Source: Bacillota bacterium (GTDB lineage Bacteria > Bacillota > UBA994 > UBA5500). From it: a stretch of DNA of 64,000 nucleotides. The position numbers and the translations under genes are program-made. The notes beneath the pieces were generated by a model. The model was given only the letters and a program-made list of their open reading frames with translations. It was not told where the DNA came from and did not search any database. The stretch is taken from NCBI GenBank assembly GCA_050949055.1, contig JBMNFA010000006.1, positions 11,759 to 75,758 on the forward strand. The letters run 5' to 3'. Shown here piece by piece: positions 48,598 to 58,119 of this stretch. Each line of letters begins with the position of its first letter. Position 1 is the first letter of the stretch.

Positions 48598-48689
48598 ATA
48601 GATTCTCGGAATTTATCGAACTCGATGCTATCGAGTTTCCACACCTCCGGGAGCGACGGCTACGTCCCATTCTTTTGCGATGAAAGTAG

Positions 48690-50548
48690 CCCTTTCCGCA
48701 CATCAAACTGGAAATTCACTCAAGGTTTTTCGGTAATCCACAAAAATAAGACAATAGAAATCAAAAAAAGACTTGACTTCTTCAGGATCACCCCAACAAT
48801 TTGTCAGAAGGAATTATTTTCCTTAATGACTAAGTTTGGGGTGATGCTTTATGAAACCCGTCGTTGTTACGCATCAAGAATACCAAGAATCTGTCCGCAC
48901 TCGATTGAGGCAGTACTACTCGGGGAGTCCACTGCTTTTGCTTCGTGAAGATTGGCCTCTTCTCGCCAAGTTCTGGATTACCGATTTGTCCGGTGTCACC
49001 GCCTTGATGCGAGACTCCTACGGCTTTCGCGGTCCCAAACCCCGCGACCCTTCCTCTATGCTGCGCTCTTTCTTGCTGCTCCTATCGACTAAACCAGAAA
49101 TGAGCATTACTGGTTGGGTAAGTGAGCTGAAAAGAATCCCTCTTTATGCCATCTTGAGCGGTTTTGAGCCTGGATGTGTGCCAGGAATCGGCACCTTCTA
49201 TGACTTCTTTGCCCGCTTGTGGAATGCCACAAGCGCTAATATCCGTTCTCCCATACAGAGAAGAGGACCCAAATCCAAGAAGGGGAGGAAAGGCCAAAAG
49301 GCTGACACATCTTCCCCAGGCCGTGTGAAACGGTTGGTCAATTGGATGAAGCGGCATTCAGAGAAGCGGACGCAATTGCCTATAGATCGGCTTTTTGGTC
49401 TCTTTCAGTCTGAATTCCTAGCTGTATCGGCTACGCTTGGCTTGCTTGGGGATACGAAGTCTCTTGCCGTCGCAGGTGATGGTACTCCTGTAGAGACCGC
49501 AGCATATCCCCGCAGCAAACCTGCCTGTAATTGTCGTGCCCAAGGCCTTGCTGACTGCAACCACCCTCGCATCTATTCTCAGCCTGACTGCGACGTCGGC
49601 TGGGATAGCTCGAGAGAGAAATACTTCGACGGGTACCACATGTACACCCTGACCGCCGCCAACAGTCCTCATGATCTACCGTTGTACCAGCGCCTGTATC
49701 CTGCTTCCCGACACGATGCTGTAAGCTTCGTGTTAAGCTCGGTTGAGTTCATGCAACGTTTCACCTTGGGCACGGTGAAGAGAGTCTTGCTCGACTCTGC
49801 GCACGATGCCAAACCCATCTATGACTTGTTGCTTGACCAGGATATTAATCCATTGATTGATCTCAACTTACGCACTTCCGCCAGCCCTAAGGCAATTCGC
49901 AATCTGAAAGTCTCGTATAACGGTAGGCCTATCTGCGCTGCTGGCCTGGAAATGAAGCATCATGGCTCAGATCGTGCCCGCATGGTAGACAAGTGGTTGT
50001 GTCCCAGAATGACAGGCAGGACGACTCACAACTGCCCAACTCCTTGTACCACCGCCCGTTACGGGAAAACGTGTCGTACCTACCGCAAGGACAATCCCAG
50101 ACTGTTCACTGACCCTCCTCGCGACTCGGATCAATGGAACCTTCTCTACAAGAGGCGCACCTCCGTCGAGCGCACTAACAAACGTGAGAAAAGAGACTAC
50201 AAGCTTCAGTCTGGGCAGCATCGTTCTTCTCGCATGTGGTACATGCGTACTTACGGCATCATGATGTGCCAGCACATTGACGCTTGGTACGTCCATCGAC
50301 GAACGGAGCTTGAAGAACTAATGCCTCTCTTCCCACATCTGTCAGCCTAAGCCCGAGCTACTCTCGTTGCTTCTAGGTTTCTTCGGCATGCCCTTCGTTT
50401 CTACCTGCCTGAAGTCTCTCTTCTACTCATTTGAGTAGCTCGCTTTCCCAGTTGTTTTCCTCCATGCATGGAAATTATTGCTTCGAAACTCCGAGAGGAT
50501 ACGTAGCAGCGGCAAACACCAACACGGCAAGAAGTGCGGAAAGAGGCT
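48690..50548 (+). mobile_element. possible extent of the IS carrying the 48851-50350 transposase; boundaries are weak
   Basis: Only a 10-12-bp inverted match (ctttccgcac) was found, at 48693-48704 and 50533-50548. It lies between the ilvE terminator and the proC T-box leader. Confidence 0.25.
48851..50350 (+). CDS. IS4/IS5-superfamily DDE transposase (IS1182-like)
   Basis: C-terminal YKRRTSVERTNKREK fits the Y-(2)-R-(3)-E-(6)-K signature; DDE region GDGTPVE...LLDSAHD. Confidence 0.75.
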   Translation: MKPVVVTHQEYQESVRTRLRQYYSGSPLLLLREDWPLLAKFWITDLSGVTALMRDSYGFRGPKPRDPSSMLRSFLLLLSTKPEMSITGWVSELKRIPLYAILSGFEPGCVPGIGTFYDFFARLWNATSANIRSPIQRRGPKSKKGRKGQKADTSSPGRVKRLVNWMKRHSEKRTQLPIDRLFGLFQSEFLAVSATLGLLGDTKSLAVAGDGTPVETAAYPRSKPACNCRAQGLADCNHPRIYSQPDCDVGWDSSREKYFDGYHMYTLTAANSPHDLPLYQRLYPASRHDAVSFVLSSVEFMQRFTLGTVKRVLLDSAHDAKPIYDLLLDQDINPLIDLNLRTSASPKAIRNLKVSYNGRPICAAGLEMKHHGSDRARMVDKWLCPRMTGRTTHNCPTPCTTARYGKTCRTYRKDNPRLFTDPPRDSDQWNLLYKRRTSVERTNKREKRDYKLQSGQHRSSRMWYMRTYGIMMCQHIDAWYVHRRTELEELMPLFPHLSA

Positions 50549-50865
50549 TCCGGCGGAAGCCTCTTTTGTCGTCTTGTTGCCAACTGCTAGCTGCAGAGCT
50601 GCGCACTAAAGCTGCCGTCCCAGTGAAGGTTCTCGCAAATAGGAGACAAGTCTCTCAGGCCAGAGTCCAAGTTGGAACGACCGCGAGCCTCAGTTTCCTC
50701 CAGACTGGCCGCAGCCTGCTTCATTCGGGCTGTGGTCGCTAACCGCACCGTATTGCCACTTTGCTTGGGGATGGGAGGCTGGACAGTGGAAACTGGTACC
50801 ATTGATCTCTAGTCTGCATTGCAGCATAATGATTGACATGCGATGAAGGGAACGAGTAAGCCCTG

Positions 50866-51068
50866 CCGCTGGTAGCAGAGAGTGACATCCAAAGGCTGAA
50901 AGATGTCTCCGCCATGCAGGACCGAAACCTACTCCCCGAGCACCTGGGAAAACCAGGCGCGGCCATGCGTTAACTGGCTTGAGTGGGATATGCTTATCCA
51001 AGTTAGGTGGTACCGCGGAAGACTGGCTCTTTCGTCCTTTCTTAGGGACGAAAGAGCCTCTTTTGATC
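50866..51068 (+). promoter_or_regulatory. T-box leader upstream of proC: AGAGAG/UGA stem I start, T-box sequence aGGUGGUACCGCGg at 51004-51018, overlapping terminator hairpin 51020-51066 plus U-run
   Basis: Conserved T-box motif and a mutually exclusive terminator read directly. The specifier codon was not resolved (candidates CCU, ACC, GGC). Confidence 0.65.
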
Positions 51069-51184
51069 CAATAACTGGTATCTGAAGCCGCCACTGCTAC
51101 TCCCTAGTGCTTGTTGACTGCGTAAGGTCGAATGGTGAAGTAACTGTGTGAGTTGCCAACTTGACAGATTGAGGAGGAGTGAAC

Positions 51185-52054
51185 ATGTGCACAGATGATA
51201 GCGAAATCCGCAGCACCTTGGTTGATAAACACATTTGTTTTCTCGGTGCGGGGGCGATGGCGGAGGCGATAATCAAAGGGATCCTGGCCAAGCGAGTAGT
51301 AGTGCCGCAGAATCTATGGACGGTGGATATCTCGCCGGAGCGCAATCATCGTTTACAGGTGAGCTATGGGGTGAAGGCAATTGACCCTAGTCAGGCAGCG
51401 GCTCCGGTATCGAGGGCCGAGATCTTGGTGTTGGCGGTCAAACCGCAGCAGCTTCTGACTGCGGCTTCACACTATCGCCGGCACCTAAGCAGTGGGCAGA
51501 CGCTCGTCTCCGTATTAGCCGGGGTATCCACCAAAACCATCGAGAGCTTACTGCCGCATGGCGTGGAGGTAGTGCGGGCGATGCCGAATACATCGGCTGC
51601 CGTCGGTTCAGCTGCCACTGCTATTTGTGCCGGTCGATCCGTGATCGGCCCCGGGCTGGACTGGGCGGAAGAGCTGTTTCAGTCGGTAGGGACAGTAGTC
51701 CGCGTGGCCGAGGAGGAGATGGATGCGGTTACTGCGCTTTCAGGAAGCGGGCCAGCCTACATCTATGCGCTGGTTGAGGCAATGGAGCAGGGTGGGGTGG
51801 CTGCTGGCTTGGACGCAACCACAGCCAGGCAGTTGACCGTGCAGACGCTGCTGGGCGCGGCTCGCATGCTACAATCTGCCACCGAGCCGGCCGCTCACCT
51901 GCGCCGCCAAGTGACCAGCCCTGGCGGAACCACGATGGCTGGGCTGCAGGTGCTGGAACAGCGCCATTTCGCGGAGATGATGCAAGAGGCTATCCTCAAG
52001 GCGGCTGCACGTTCCAGAGTTCTTGCCCAGCAAGCAGAGGCTGCGTCCAATTGA
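51185..52054 (+). CDS. proC: pyrroline-5-carboxylate reductase
   Basis: FLGAGAMAEAI NADP motif and the P5CR dimerisation domain; SD ggaggag before ATG 51185. Confidence 0.85.
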   Translation: MCTDDSEIRSTLVDKHICFLGAGAMAEAIIKGILAKRVVVPQNLWTVDISPERNHRLQVSYGVKAIDPSQAAAPVSRAEILVLAVKPQQLLTAASHYRRHLSSGQTLVSVLAGVSTKTIESLLPHGVEVVRAMPNTSAAVGSAATAICAGRSVIGPGLDWAEELFQSVGTVVRVAEEEMDAVTALSGSGPAYIYALVEAMEQGGVAAGLDATTARQLTVQTLLGAARMLQSATEPAAHLRRQVTSPGGTTMAGLQVLEQRHFAEMMQEAILKAAARSRVLAQQAEAASN

Positions 52055-52373
52055 GATGCTTTGTGCGAGAGCAAAGGTGCCAAGCCGCTCCCTTGTCGGA
52101 GCAACCCCAGCGTAGCCATAAGTCAGGACGTTCGCAAATCCTGAGCCAGCCGATCTTGCGGACCGGGGAATGAACCCACAAGCGGTCCAGTTGGAGGAAG
52201 ACACATATAGCACACGAGATAATCTGCGCAGCAGCCTGGGGCTAACTGGTGTTGTCACCGGGCTCCTCTTCCGTGAGAGGACGGTTGCGATGGCGCATGT
52301 TGGCCAGAGAAGCGTTGGCAGTATGGAAGGACCTAGCGTTTCTGCCCTGACACGGGGGGAAAGTCCCCTCGTG

Positions 52374-53264
52374 TCACTCGCTATACATCTCCTCGGCATC
52401 TTGGGGCAAGGCGCGTACATGTCGTAAGTGGGCACTCACCCGGCGGTCGTCCTCCAGCGGATAGGTGAAATTGAAGTGTGCAGCCACGGTTTGGGCCGTG
52501 TCGCGGAACAGATCGCCAGCCGCAAACAGTGCCTCCCAAGTAGCCTGGTAACTGCCCTCGGCATAGGTGGTCAGCAGGCGATTCCAACTGTCGGGCGAGA
52601 TGTGCTGGTCGAGATACTTATAGCCCTTGCCCACACTGAGCGAGAAATTGCTGTTGATGCCAGCTTGCCACTCCAGCATCCGGAGCAGCATGTCGCGCAC
52701 CAAGTCCAGCATCTGTTTGGCGTAGATCAGTTCCTGGCGCCAGAGGCCCTTGGCTACATAGGGTGACACCCACCAGAACTCGTTACAGCAATCGGCGAAT
52801 TGTCGAGCAGTCGGGGGCTTGACCCAGTAGTCTTCATCGGAAGGCGGGGGAATCTCCGGCAGCCGGTTATCTTTGTCCAGCAGTGCGACGGTCAGCTTAT
52901 CTTCCTGCAAATAGTCATCCTTCAGTTCCAGCCGGAGCAGGCTCAGGTCTATCCGGTTGCCATCCATGAATTGCATCAGGTATGTGAAGCGGCCCTTGTC
53001 CAGCGGGGGAACCAGGCCCATCGCTTCCGGCATCTGCATGATCATCCGCTCGCCAAAGACATCCACCCAGCTGTGATCTCGGAGGAAGGATTCCAGTTCC
53101 GTTACCAGGTAGACAACGTCATAGTCTTGAAAGCAGTCCTTGGGGACGTTAGGATTGGTGCGCGAGCCATTCATCAACACCGCCCGCACCCGCTCGTCCC
53201 GCCTAGCAACGCCCAGTATCAGTTGCATCATCTCTCGTTCGGTTCTCATGATCATCATCCTCAT
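52374..53264 (-). CDS. aminoglycoside 6-adenylyltransferase, ANT(6)/AadK family
   Basis: MRTEREMMQLILGVARRDERVRAVLMNGSRTNPNVPKDCFQDYDVVYLV closely parallels the AadK/AadE N-terminus. Confidence 0.8.
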   Translation of the reverse strand: MRMMIMRTEREMMQLILGVARRDERVRAVLMNGSRTNPNVPKDCFQDYDVVYLVTELESFLRDHSWVDVFGERMIMQMPEAMGLVPPLDKGRFTYLMQFMDGNRIDLSLLRLELKDDYLQEDKLTVALLDKDNRLPEIPPPSDEDYWVKPPTARQFADCCNEFWWVSPYVAKGLWRQELIYAKQMLDLVRDMLLRMLEWQAGINSNFSLSVGKGYKYLDQHISPDSWNRLLTTYAEGSYQATWEALFAAGDLFRDTAQTVAAHFNFTYPLEDDRRVSAHLRHVRALPQDAEEMYSE

Positions 53265-53402
53265 TTCGTTGGTGGGGCAGGGGGATGGGTATTCTGTTAC
53301 GCTCTTCGGAACGGGACTGACTACTGTCCCCGCTGTCCCTTTCTGGGAACAACGTCCAGTCCTTGGCGTCCAATTAAGAAAGGAAAGCGGGAGGTGCTAT
53401 GC

Positions 53403-54614
53403 ATGCGCAAAGTGCTGTTTGTACTCTTGACGCTGACACTGCTCAGTGGGTGCACCCAAGCCACCCTGCCGCCAAACATGAGCCTGTTGTCCGAGCTAGC
53501 GGAACAGGGGGCAGGCGTTGGGTTGTACCAGCAGTTTGGTTTCGACCTCTATCACCAGCTGAACAGCGGTAGCCTGGAGAATCTGCTGATCTCACCTACC
53601 AGCATCGCCTTGGCTGTGTCCATGACCCTAAATGGAGCCGACGGGGGCACCCGGCAGCAAATGTTGGAGGCTTTGGGGTTGGGGGATTGTGACCTGCAAC
53701 AGCTGAACGAGGCCAATCAGTTGCTGATCAGGCGTTTGCAGGACTCGGACGTAACCCTGTCCATAGCCAATTCTCTATGGATGCGGCAGGGTATCGAATT
53801 CAACCAGGATTTCGTACAGAGCAATCAGACCTACTATGACGCAGCGGCGCACAACCTGGACTTCAGTTCTGATGCCGCGGTGGAGACTATCAACAACTGG
53901 GTAAAGGAACAGACTAACGATCTGATCGACGGCATTATTGAGGGTCCCATCCATCCTCTAACGCTGATGTTCCTGATCAACGCGATCTATTTCCAGGGCG
54001 ATTGGGGCATGCCTTTTGATCCGGACCGCACCAAGGAGGGTCTATTCCATACACCACAGGGGACGGTCAATGTGCCCTTCATGCGGCAGACCGACAAGTT
54101 TGACTATCTGTATCAGGATGGCCTGCAGGCGCTGCGCTTGCCCTATGCCGATGAAGAGCTGGCTATGTATCTCTTCTTGCCTGAGGATTGGGAGGCCTTC
54201 CAGCAGCAACTGACGGCCGAACAGTGGCAGGGTTGGCTGGGCGACTTCCGGTCTGAGCGGGTGCAGCTGGAACTGCCCAAGTTCGAGTTCGCCTATGAAG
54301 AGCAGCTAAACGATGCCCTGCAGGCACTGGGCATGACCCTGCCCTTCGCCGCCGGGCAAGCCGATTTTCACCTGATAGCAGATATCGAACAGGATATCTA
54401 CATCAGTGAGGTCAAACACAAGTCTTTCATTGCCGTGGATGAGGTGGGGACAGAAGCCGCTGCAGTCACTTCCGTGGAGATGGTGGCGACTGGCATGCCA
54501 GTGGAGCCCATCCAGCTGAAGTTTGATCGGCCGTTCTTCTTCGTCATTCACGACCGGATGACCGACACTGCGCTATTCATGGGCCAGGTGATGGATCCTG
54601 CGCGCACAGAGTGA
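53403..54614 (+). CDS. serpin (serine protease inhibitor) lipoprotein
   Basis: Signal peptide plus lipobox LLSGC. Serpin fold motifs (NAIYFQGDW, the hinge/reactive-loop region EVGTEAAAVTSVEMV and the C-terminal FDRPFFFVI) are present. The ORF-track N-terminal 200 aa is antisense to the neighbouring gene. Confidence 0.8.
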   Translation: MRKVLFVLLTLTLLSGCTQATLPPNMSLLSELAEQGAGVGLYQQFGFDLYHQLNSGSLENLLISPTSIALAVSMTLNGADGGTRQQMLEALGLGDCDLQQLNEANQLLIRRLQDSDVTLSIANSLWMRQGIEFNQDFVQSNQTYYDAAAHNLDFSSDAAVETINNWVKEQTNDLIDGIIEGPIHPLTLMFLINAIYFQGDWGMPFDPDRTKEGLFHTPQGTVNVPFMRQTDKFDYLYQDGLQALRLPYADEELAMYLFLPEDWEAFQQQLTAEQWQGWLGDFRSERVQLELPKFEFAYEEQLNDALQALGMTLPFAAGQADFHLIADIEQDIYISEVKHKSFIAVDEVGTEAAAVTSVEMVATGMPVEPIQLKFDRPFFFVIHDRMTDTALFMGQVMDPARTE

Positions 54615-54633
54615 AGGGCGCGGGAATGGCAGA

Positions 54634-54687
54634 GACAGCGGGACGTGTACCTCGTATCATCGCGTGATACAAGGTACTCGTCCCGCT
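54634..54687. repeat. REP family B copy 3; bidirectional terminator
   Basis: acagcgggacgtgtacc ... ggtactcgtcccgctg between convergent genes. Confidence 0.7.
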
Positions 54688-54710
54688 GCATCATGCGGTC
54701 TGCTTGTTGC

Positions 54711-55856
54711 TTATTGACTGGTCACCAACAGGTAGATGGCGGCTACCAACAACAAGCCGAGCGCTATGCAGGCCGTCACTTTCAAAGCACTTACCGGAGC
54801 TTCCCCATGCACTTCACCGGTCTGGCCGTTGACGATGAAGCTATACGCCTTTCCCTGGTAGTTGTACGACGACATCCAGAGCGGTAGCAACAGATGCTTG
54901 AAAGCGATCTTTTGGAACGAGGTGGTGAACTGCAGAGCCCGCACCTCGTCGCCGTTAATCTGCCGCACGATCCCCTGGGCAATCTTCTGTTTGATGGCTG
55001 CCTTGGCCCGTTCCCATCCCTGCTTGACGCCGATGGTGTACTTCTCGGCGGCGAAGCCGGAAAGGTATTCTGGCCGGTACTCTGTCAATTGAGCCAGATC
55101 GTAGTGGCCAAAGGTGCCGGCCAACACTTCGTCCAGGCGCTGCGATGCGTGCACCAGTTCGTCATCGTAATACTTGGCGTAGGTGCCGCTGACCGGTCGC
55201 CAGCTGGTGCGCCGCTCCTGTCGATGCTCGGTGACCGTCTTGCCGTTCCTGGTCACCGTTACTGGCACCGTTACCCAATAGTAGGTGCCCTTTTGTGCCC
55301 GATAGGCGGAGTAGGTGTCCGCGTCGTAGGTCCAAAAGGGGATGTAGATCCCCTGCAATTGTTTTGCCTGGTAGCTGTGTTTCAGATCGCTGGGCGCGAA
55401 GAAACGGCTACTGACCCACTTCCTGAATGCTTGCTCTGCGGCCGACTGGGTGATCTTGAACGGAATCAACGATTCAGGCTTGATGCCGGGCAACTGATCC
55501 AGTTGCACCACCTGGGCCGAGCCGCAGAACGAGCAGTTCTGGGCAGCGCGATTGGCTTCCAGCACCGTCTCAGCTCCGCAGTTATCGCAGCGGATCACTT
55601 TGGTGACCTGCCCCCAGTCGGTAGAACATTGCAGCTCTCCCTCGGCCAGGTCGTATTCTTTCACTTCGCCGCCCTCACTGCTGATTTCCACCTGATGGCG
55701 GCAGTAGGGGCAGGCCAAAGCTTGCGTCTCGGGGTCGAAGACCATATCGGCACCGCATTGCGGACAGGGGAAGCGGTCGACAGCCGTGATTTCATGAGTT
55801 TCGTTCGGGATCTGCTGTTCCATCGCCCCGTCCTCCGTCATAGCTTCTGGCCACAC
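54711..55856 (-). CDS. zinc-ribbon protein with C-terminal TM anchor (YdjG-like?)
   Basis: Three CxxC pairs (CPQCG, CPYC, CDNCG...CSFCG) and a C-terminal hydrophobic helix; co-operonic with the SPFH protein. Confidence 0.55.
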   Translation of the reverse strand: MWPEAMTEDGAMEQQIPNETHEITAVDRFPCPQCGADMVFDPETQALACPYCRHQVEISSEGGEVKEYDLAEGELQCSTDWGQVTKVIRCDNCGAETVLEANRAAQNCSFCGSAQVVQLDQLPGIKPESLIPFKITQSAAEQAFRKWVSSRFFAPSDLKHSYQAKQLQGIYIPFWTYDADTYSAYRAQKGTYYWVTVPVTVTRNGKTVTEHRQERRTSWRPVSGTYAKYYDDELVHASQRLDEVLAGTFGHYDLAQLTEYRPEYLSGFAAEKYTIGVKQGWERAKAAIKQKIAQGIVRQINGDEVRALQFTTSFQKIAFKHLLLPLWMSSYNYQGKAYSFIVNGQTGEVHGEAPVSALKVTACIALGLLLVAAIYLLVTSQ

Positions 55857-56929
55857 TCAGGGCAGAATTTCATATTGCGGTCAGCCTCAAATCCGCATGA
55901 GCTGCACTTCTTAGTGGTCGCCAGACTGTTACCGCACCCAGGGCAGAACTTGAATGACTCGGGCACAGCCATGCCGCACTCAGGACAAAAGCGCTTTCCC
56001 AAAGTGTCGGTTTGGGGAGCAGGCTGGCTGACAGGTGCTGCAGGTGCTGGTGTGGGAGTTGGCGCTGGCTCTCCGCTCATCGCCTGGGTCAGTGCCTTTC
56101 CTAGCGCGGCACCGGCACCCAGGCCTACGCCTGCAGCAGCCACCCCTCCACCCTCGTTGTTGGCCGCTTCGCGCAGTGCTTCCGCCGCCTGATACTGGGC
56201 ATAGCGGCCGAGATCGCCAACGATGCCCATAGAGGTGCGTTTATCCAGTACCGCTTCCACTTCCTTAGGCAGGGAGACATTCTCAATAGTAAACGAAGTG
56301 ATGTCCAAGCCATACTCAGCGAAGCGGGGGCGCAGCTTGTGCGCTGCCTGCTCGCTTAACTCGTCATAATGCATGGAGATATCCAGCGCCGCGATCTGCG
56401 ACTCAGCCAGCAGATCGCTCAGCCCGGAGATGGCAGTGGATCGCAGTTGACCCACTATCTCTTCGCTGGTGAAATGGCCGCTGGTGCCGAAGACTTCCTT
56501 GAGCAGTTTCGCCGGATCGACCGCTCGGAAGGCAAATACCCCGTAGGCGCGTAGCCGCAACATGCCGAACTCCCGGTCACGCATGATGATCGGATTGGCT
56601 GTGCCCCATTTCTGCTGGGTGAATTGCTTTGTGTTGACGAAATAGACTTCTGCCTTAAAAGGCGAATTGAAGCCATATTTCCAGGACTTCAGCTTGGTCA
56701 ATATCGGCAAGTTGGCGGTGGACAGCTGATAGCGTCCTGGGCTGAACACGTCTGCTATCTGTCCCTCGTTTACGAAGACCGCATTCTGTGCCTCCCTTAC
56801 CGTCAGCTGCGCCCCCATCTTGATCTCTTTGTTGGCTACCGGGAATCGGTAGACCAGGGTGTCACTGCTGTCGTCTGTCCACTCGATTACCTCGATGAAC
56901 TGGCTCTTGATGAAGCCAAACAATCCCAC
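55838..56929 (-). CDS. SPFH/band-7 domain protein with C-terminal tandem zinc ribbons
   Basis: SPFH core followed by a Gly/Ala/Pro-rich linker and CPECG...CPGCG...CSSCG...CPECG. Confidence 0.7.
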   Translation of the reverse strand: MGLFGFIKSQFIEVIEWTDDSSDTLVYRFPVANKEIKMGAQLTVREAQNAVFVNEGQIADVFSPGRYQLSTANLPILTKLKSWKYGFNSPFKAEVYFVNTKQFTQQKWGTANPIIMRDREFGMLRLRAYGVFAFRAVDPAKLLKEVFGTSGHFTSEEIVGQLRSTAISGLSDLLAESQIAALDISMHYDELSEQAAHKLRPRFAEYGLDITSFTIENVSLPKEVEAVLDKRTSMGIVGDLGRYAQYQAAEALREAANNEGGGVAAAGVGLGAGAALGKALTQAMSGEPAPTPTPAPAAPVSQPAPQTDTLGKRFCPECGMAVPESFKFCPGCGNSLATTKKCSSCGFEADRNMKFCPECGQKL

Positions 56930-57002
56930 CGGTCATCCCCTCCACATACGAATTTCTAAGATAATTATATCAGCACTGATGCGGGGGGATAGCCCTTGCC
57001 TA

Positions 57003-57809
57003 TCACTTTTTGACCAGCCAATACTTGCGTTTCCAGCCGGCGCCTATGCTGGGGCCGGGCTCCTCAAAACGCGACCAGCAAAATCCATGCTCCACTAGCC
57101 AATGATGCACGGCATCGTCTTTATCCGCGTTGCCTGGGCAAAGGATGATCATGCCACCTGGCTTGACGACTCGGCGCATCTCAGTCAGTTCGGCTTCCAA
57201 ATGGTCGCCAAATACGTGTCCGGCGACAAGCACGTCCGCAAAGGCATCCGGGAAAGGAATGGCGCACAGCTCTCCGTCTACCACAAAGATGTTGCTATGA
57301 CCCCGTTGCCGCGCGCGGCGGCGGATGAACTGGCGTAGGTTGCCGATCGGTTCGACTGCATAGATGGTCCTGGCCAACGGTGCCATGCGGAAAGTCTGGC
57401 TGCCTGTTCCGGCACCGACATCAATCACCACTGTGCCACGAAAATCGGTCAGACCGAGCAGTTCCTGATCGTCCCAGCGGTTGAACGATTGTCGATCGTA
57501 GGCCTCCGGCTCGGTGACGTAGATGATCCAGTCCTCCATACTACCCAGTACCGCCTGTTCGAGTTGGCGCAGTTCCTCCCCTGAAGGCAACGGTTCGTGG
57601 GCGTATTCGGCCAACAGCTCGTTCAGCCAGGATTCGATCGATGGACACTTATGCTTCATAAACCAGGCGACGTCAGGGTTGGCGCGTAGAGTGAGCGCCA
57701 GCTCGCGCCGCCGCCCATGCCTGGGCAGCCAGGAAAGCTGGATTTCCTCCAGCAGGGTCAGTGCGCAAAAGGGGAGCTGAGATAGGTCTTTCCATCCAAA
57801 CGGGCTCAT
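57003..57809 (-). CDS. class I SAM-dependent methyltransferase
   Basis: VIDVGAGTG motif I; start at ATG 57807-57809, with SD ggaggtg upstream. Confidence 0.75.
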   Translation of the reverse strand: MSPFGWKDLSQLPFCALTLLEEIQLSWLPRHGRRRELALTLRANPDVAWFMKHKCPSIESWLNELLAEYAHEPLPSGEELRQLEQAVLGSMEDWIIYVTEPEAYDRQSFNRWDDQELLGLTDFRGTVVIDVGAGTGSQTFRMAPLARTIYAVEPIGNLRQFIRRRARQRGHSNIFVVDGELCAIPFPDAFADVLVAGHVFGDHLEAELTEMRRVVKPGGMIILCPGNADKDDAVHHWLVEHGFCWSRFEEPGPSIGAGWKRKYWLVKK

Positions 57810-58119
57810 TAGACACCTCCGCATACTCTTTCTAGTTAACAATACCAGACGCGTCTGAGCAGCGACTATGGTAATAAAGCGTGTGACCAATTCTTGCCCG
57901 CTGTGACAGGAAGGACCCGCCTTGTCACTTTGTATAGCATTGATGATAGCCAGCTTGTCTATCATAGCATTACATATTGTTCAGCAATGATTTGGGGAAG
58001 CGGTCTCGTCGGTCAAGTCTTGTGGCTGGGTAGGTCCGGCAAGGAAGCTGGGAGAAGGGTAAGGGACCACACGTGCCGAACATCGGTTAGTGAACAAGCT
58101 AGAAGAAAGAGGGGATCCC

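Noticed and set aside
48690-50548. Firm boundaries for the IS4/IS5-like element
   Set aside because: Only a 10-12-bp inverted match could be found, which is within chance expectation. The element is reported as a transposase gene with tentative extent only.
52800-53402. N-terminal 200 residues of the 604-aa ORF-track entry for the serpin
   Set aside because: This portion is antisense to the ANT(6) gene. The serpin's signal peptide and SD define the true start at 53403.
54894-56192. 432-aa + strand ORF
   Set aside because: Antisense to the SPFH and zinc-ribbon genes; the Gly/Ala/Pro-rich translation is a GC artefact.
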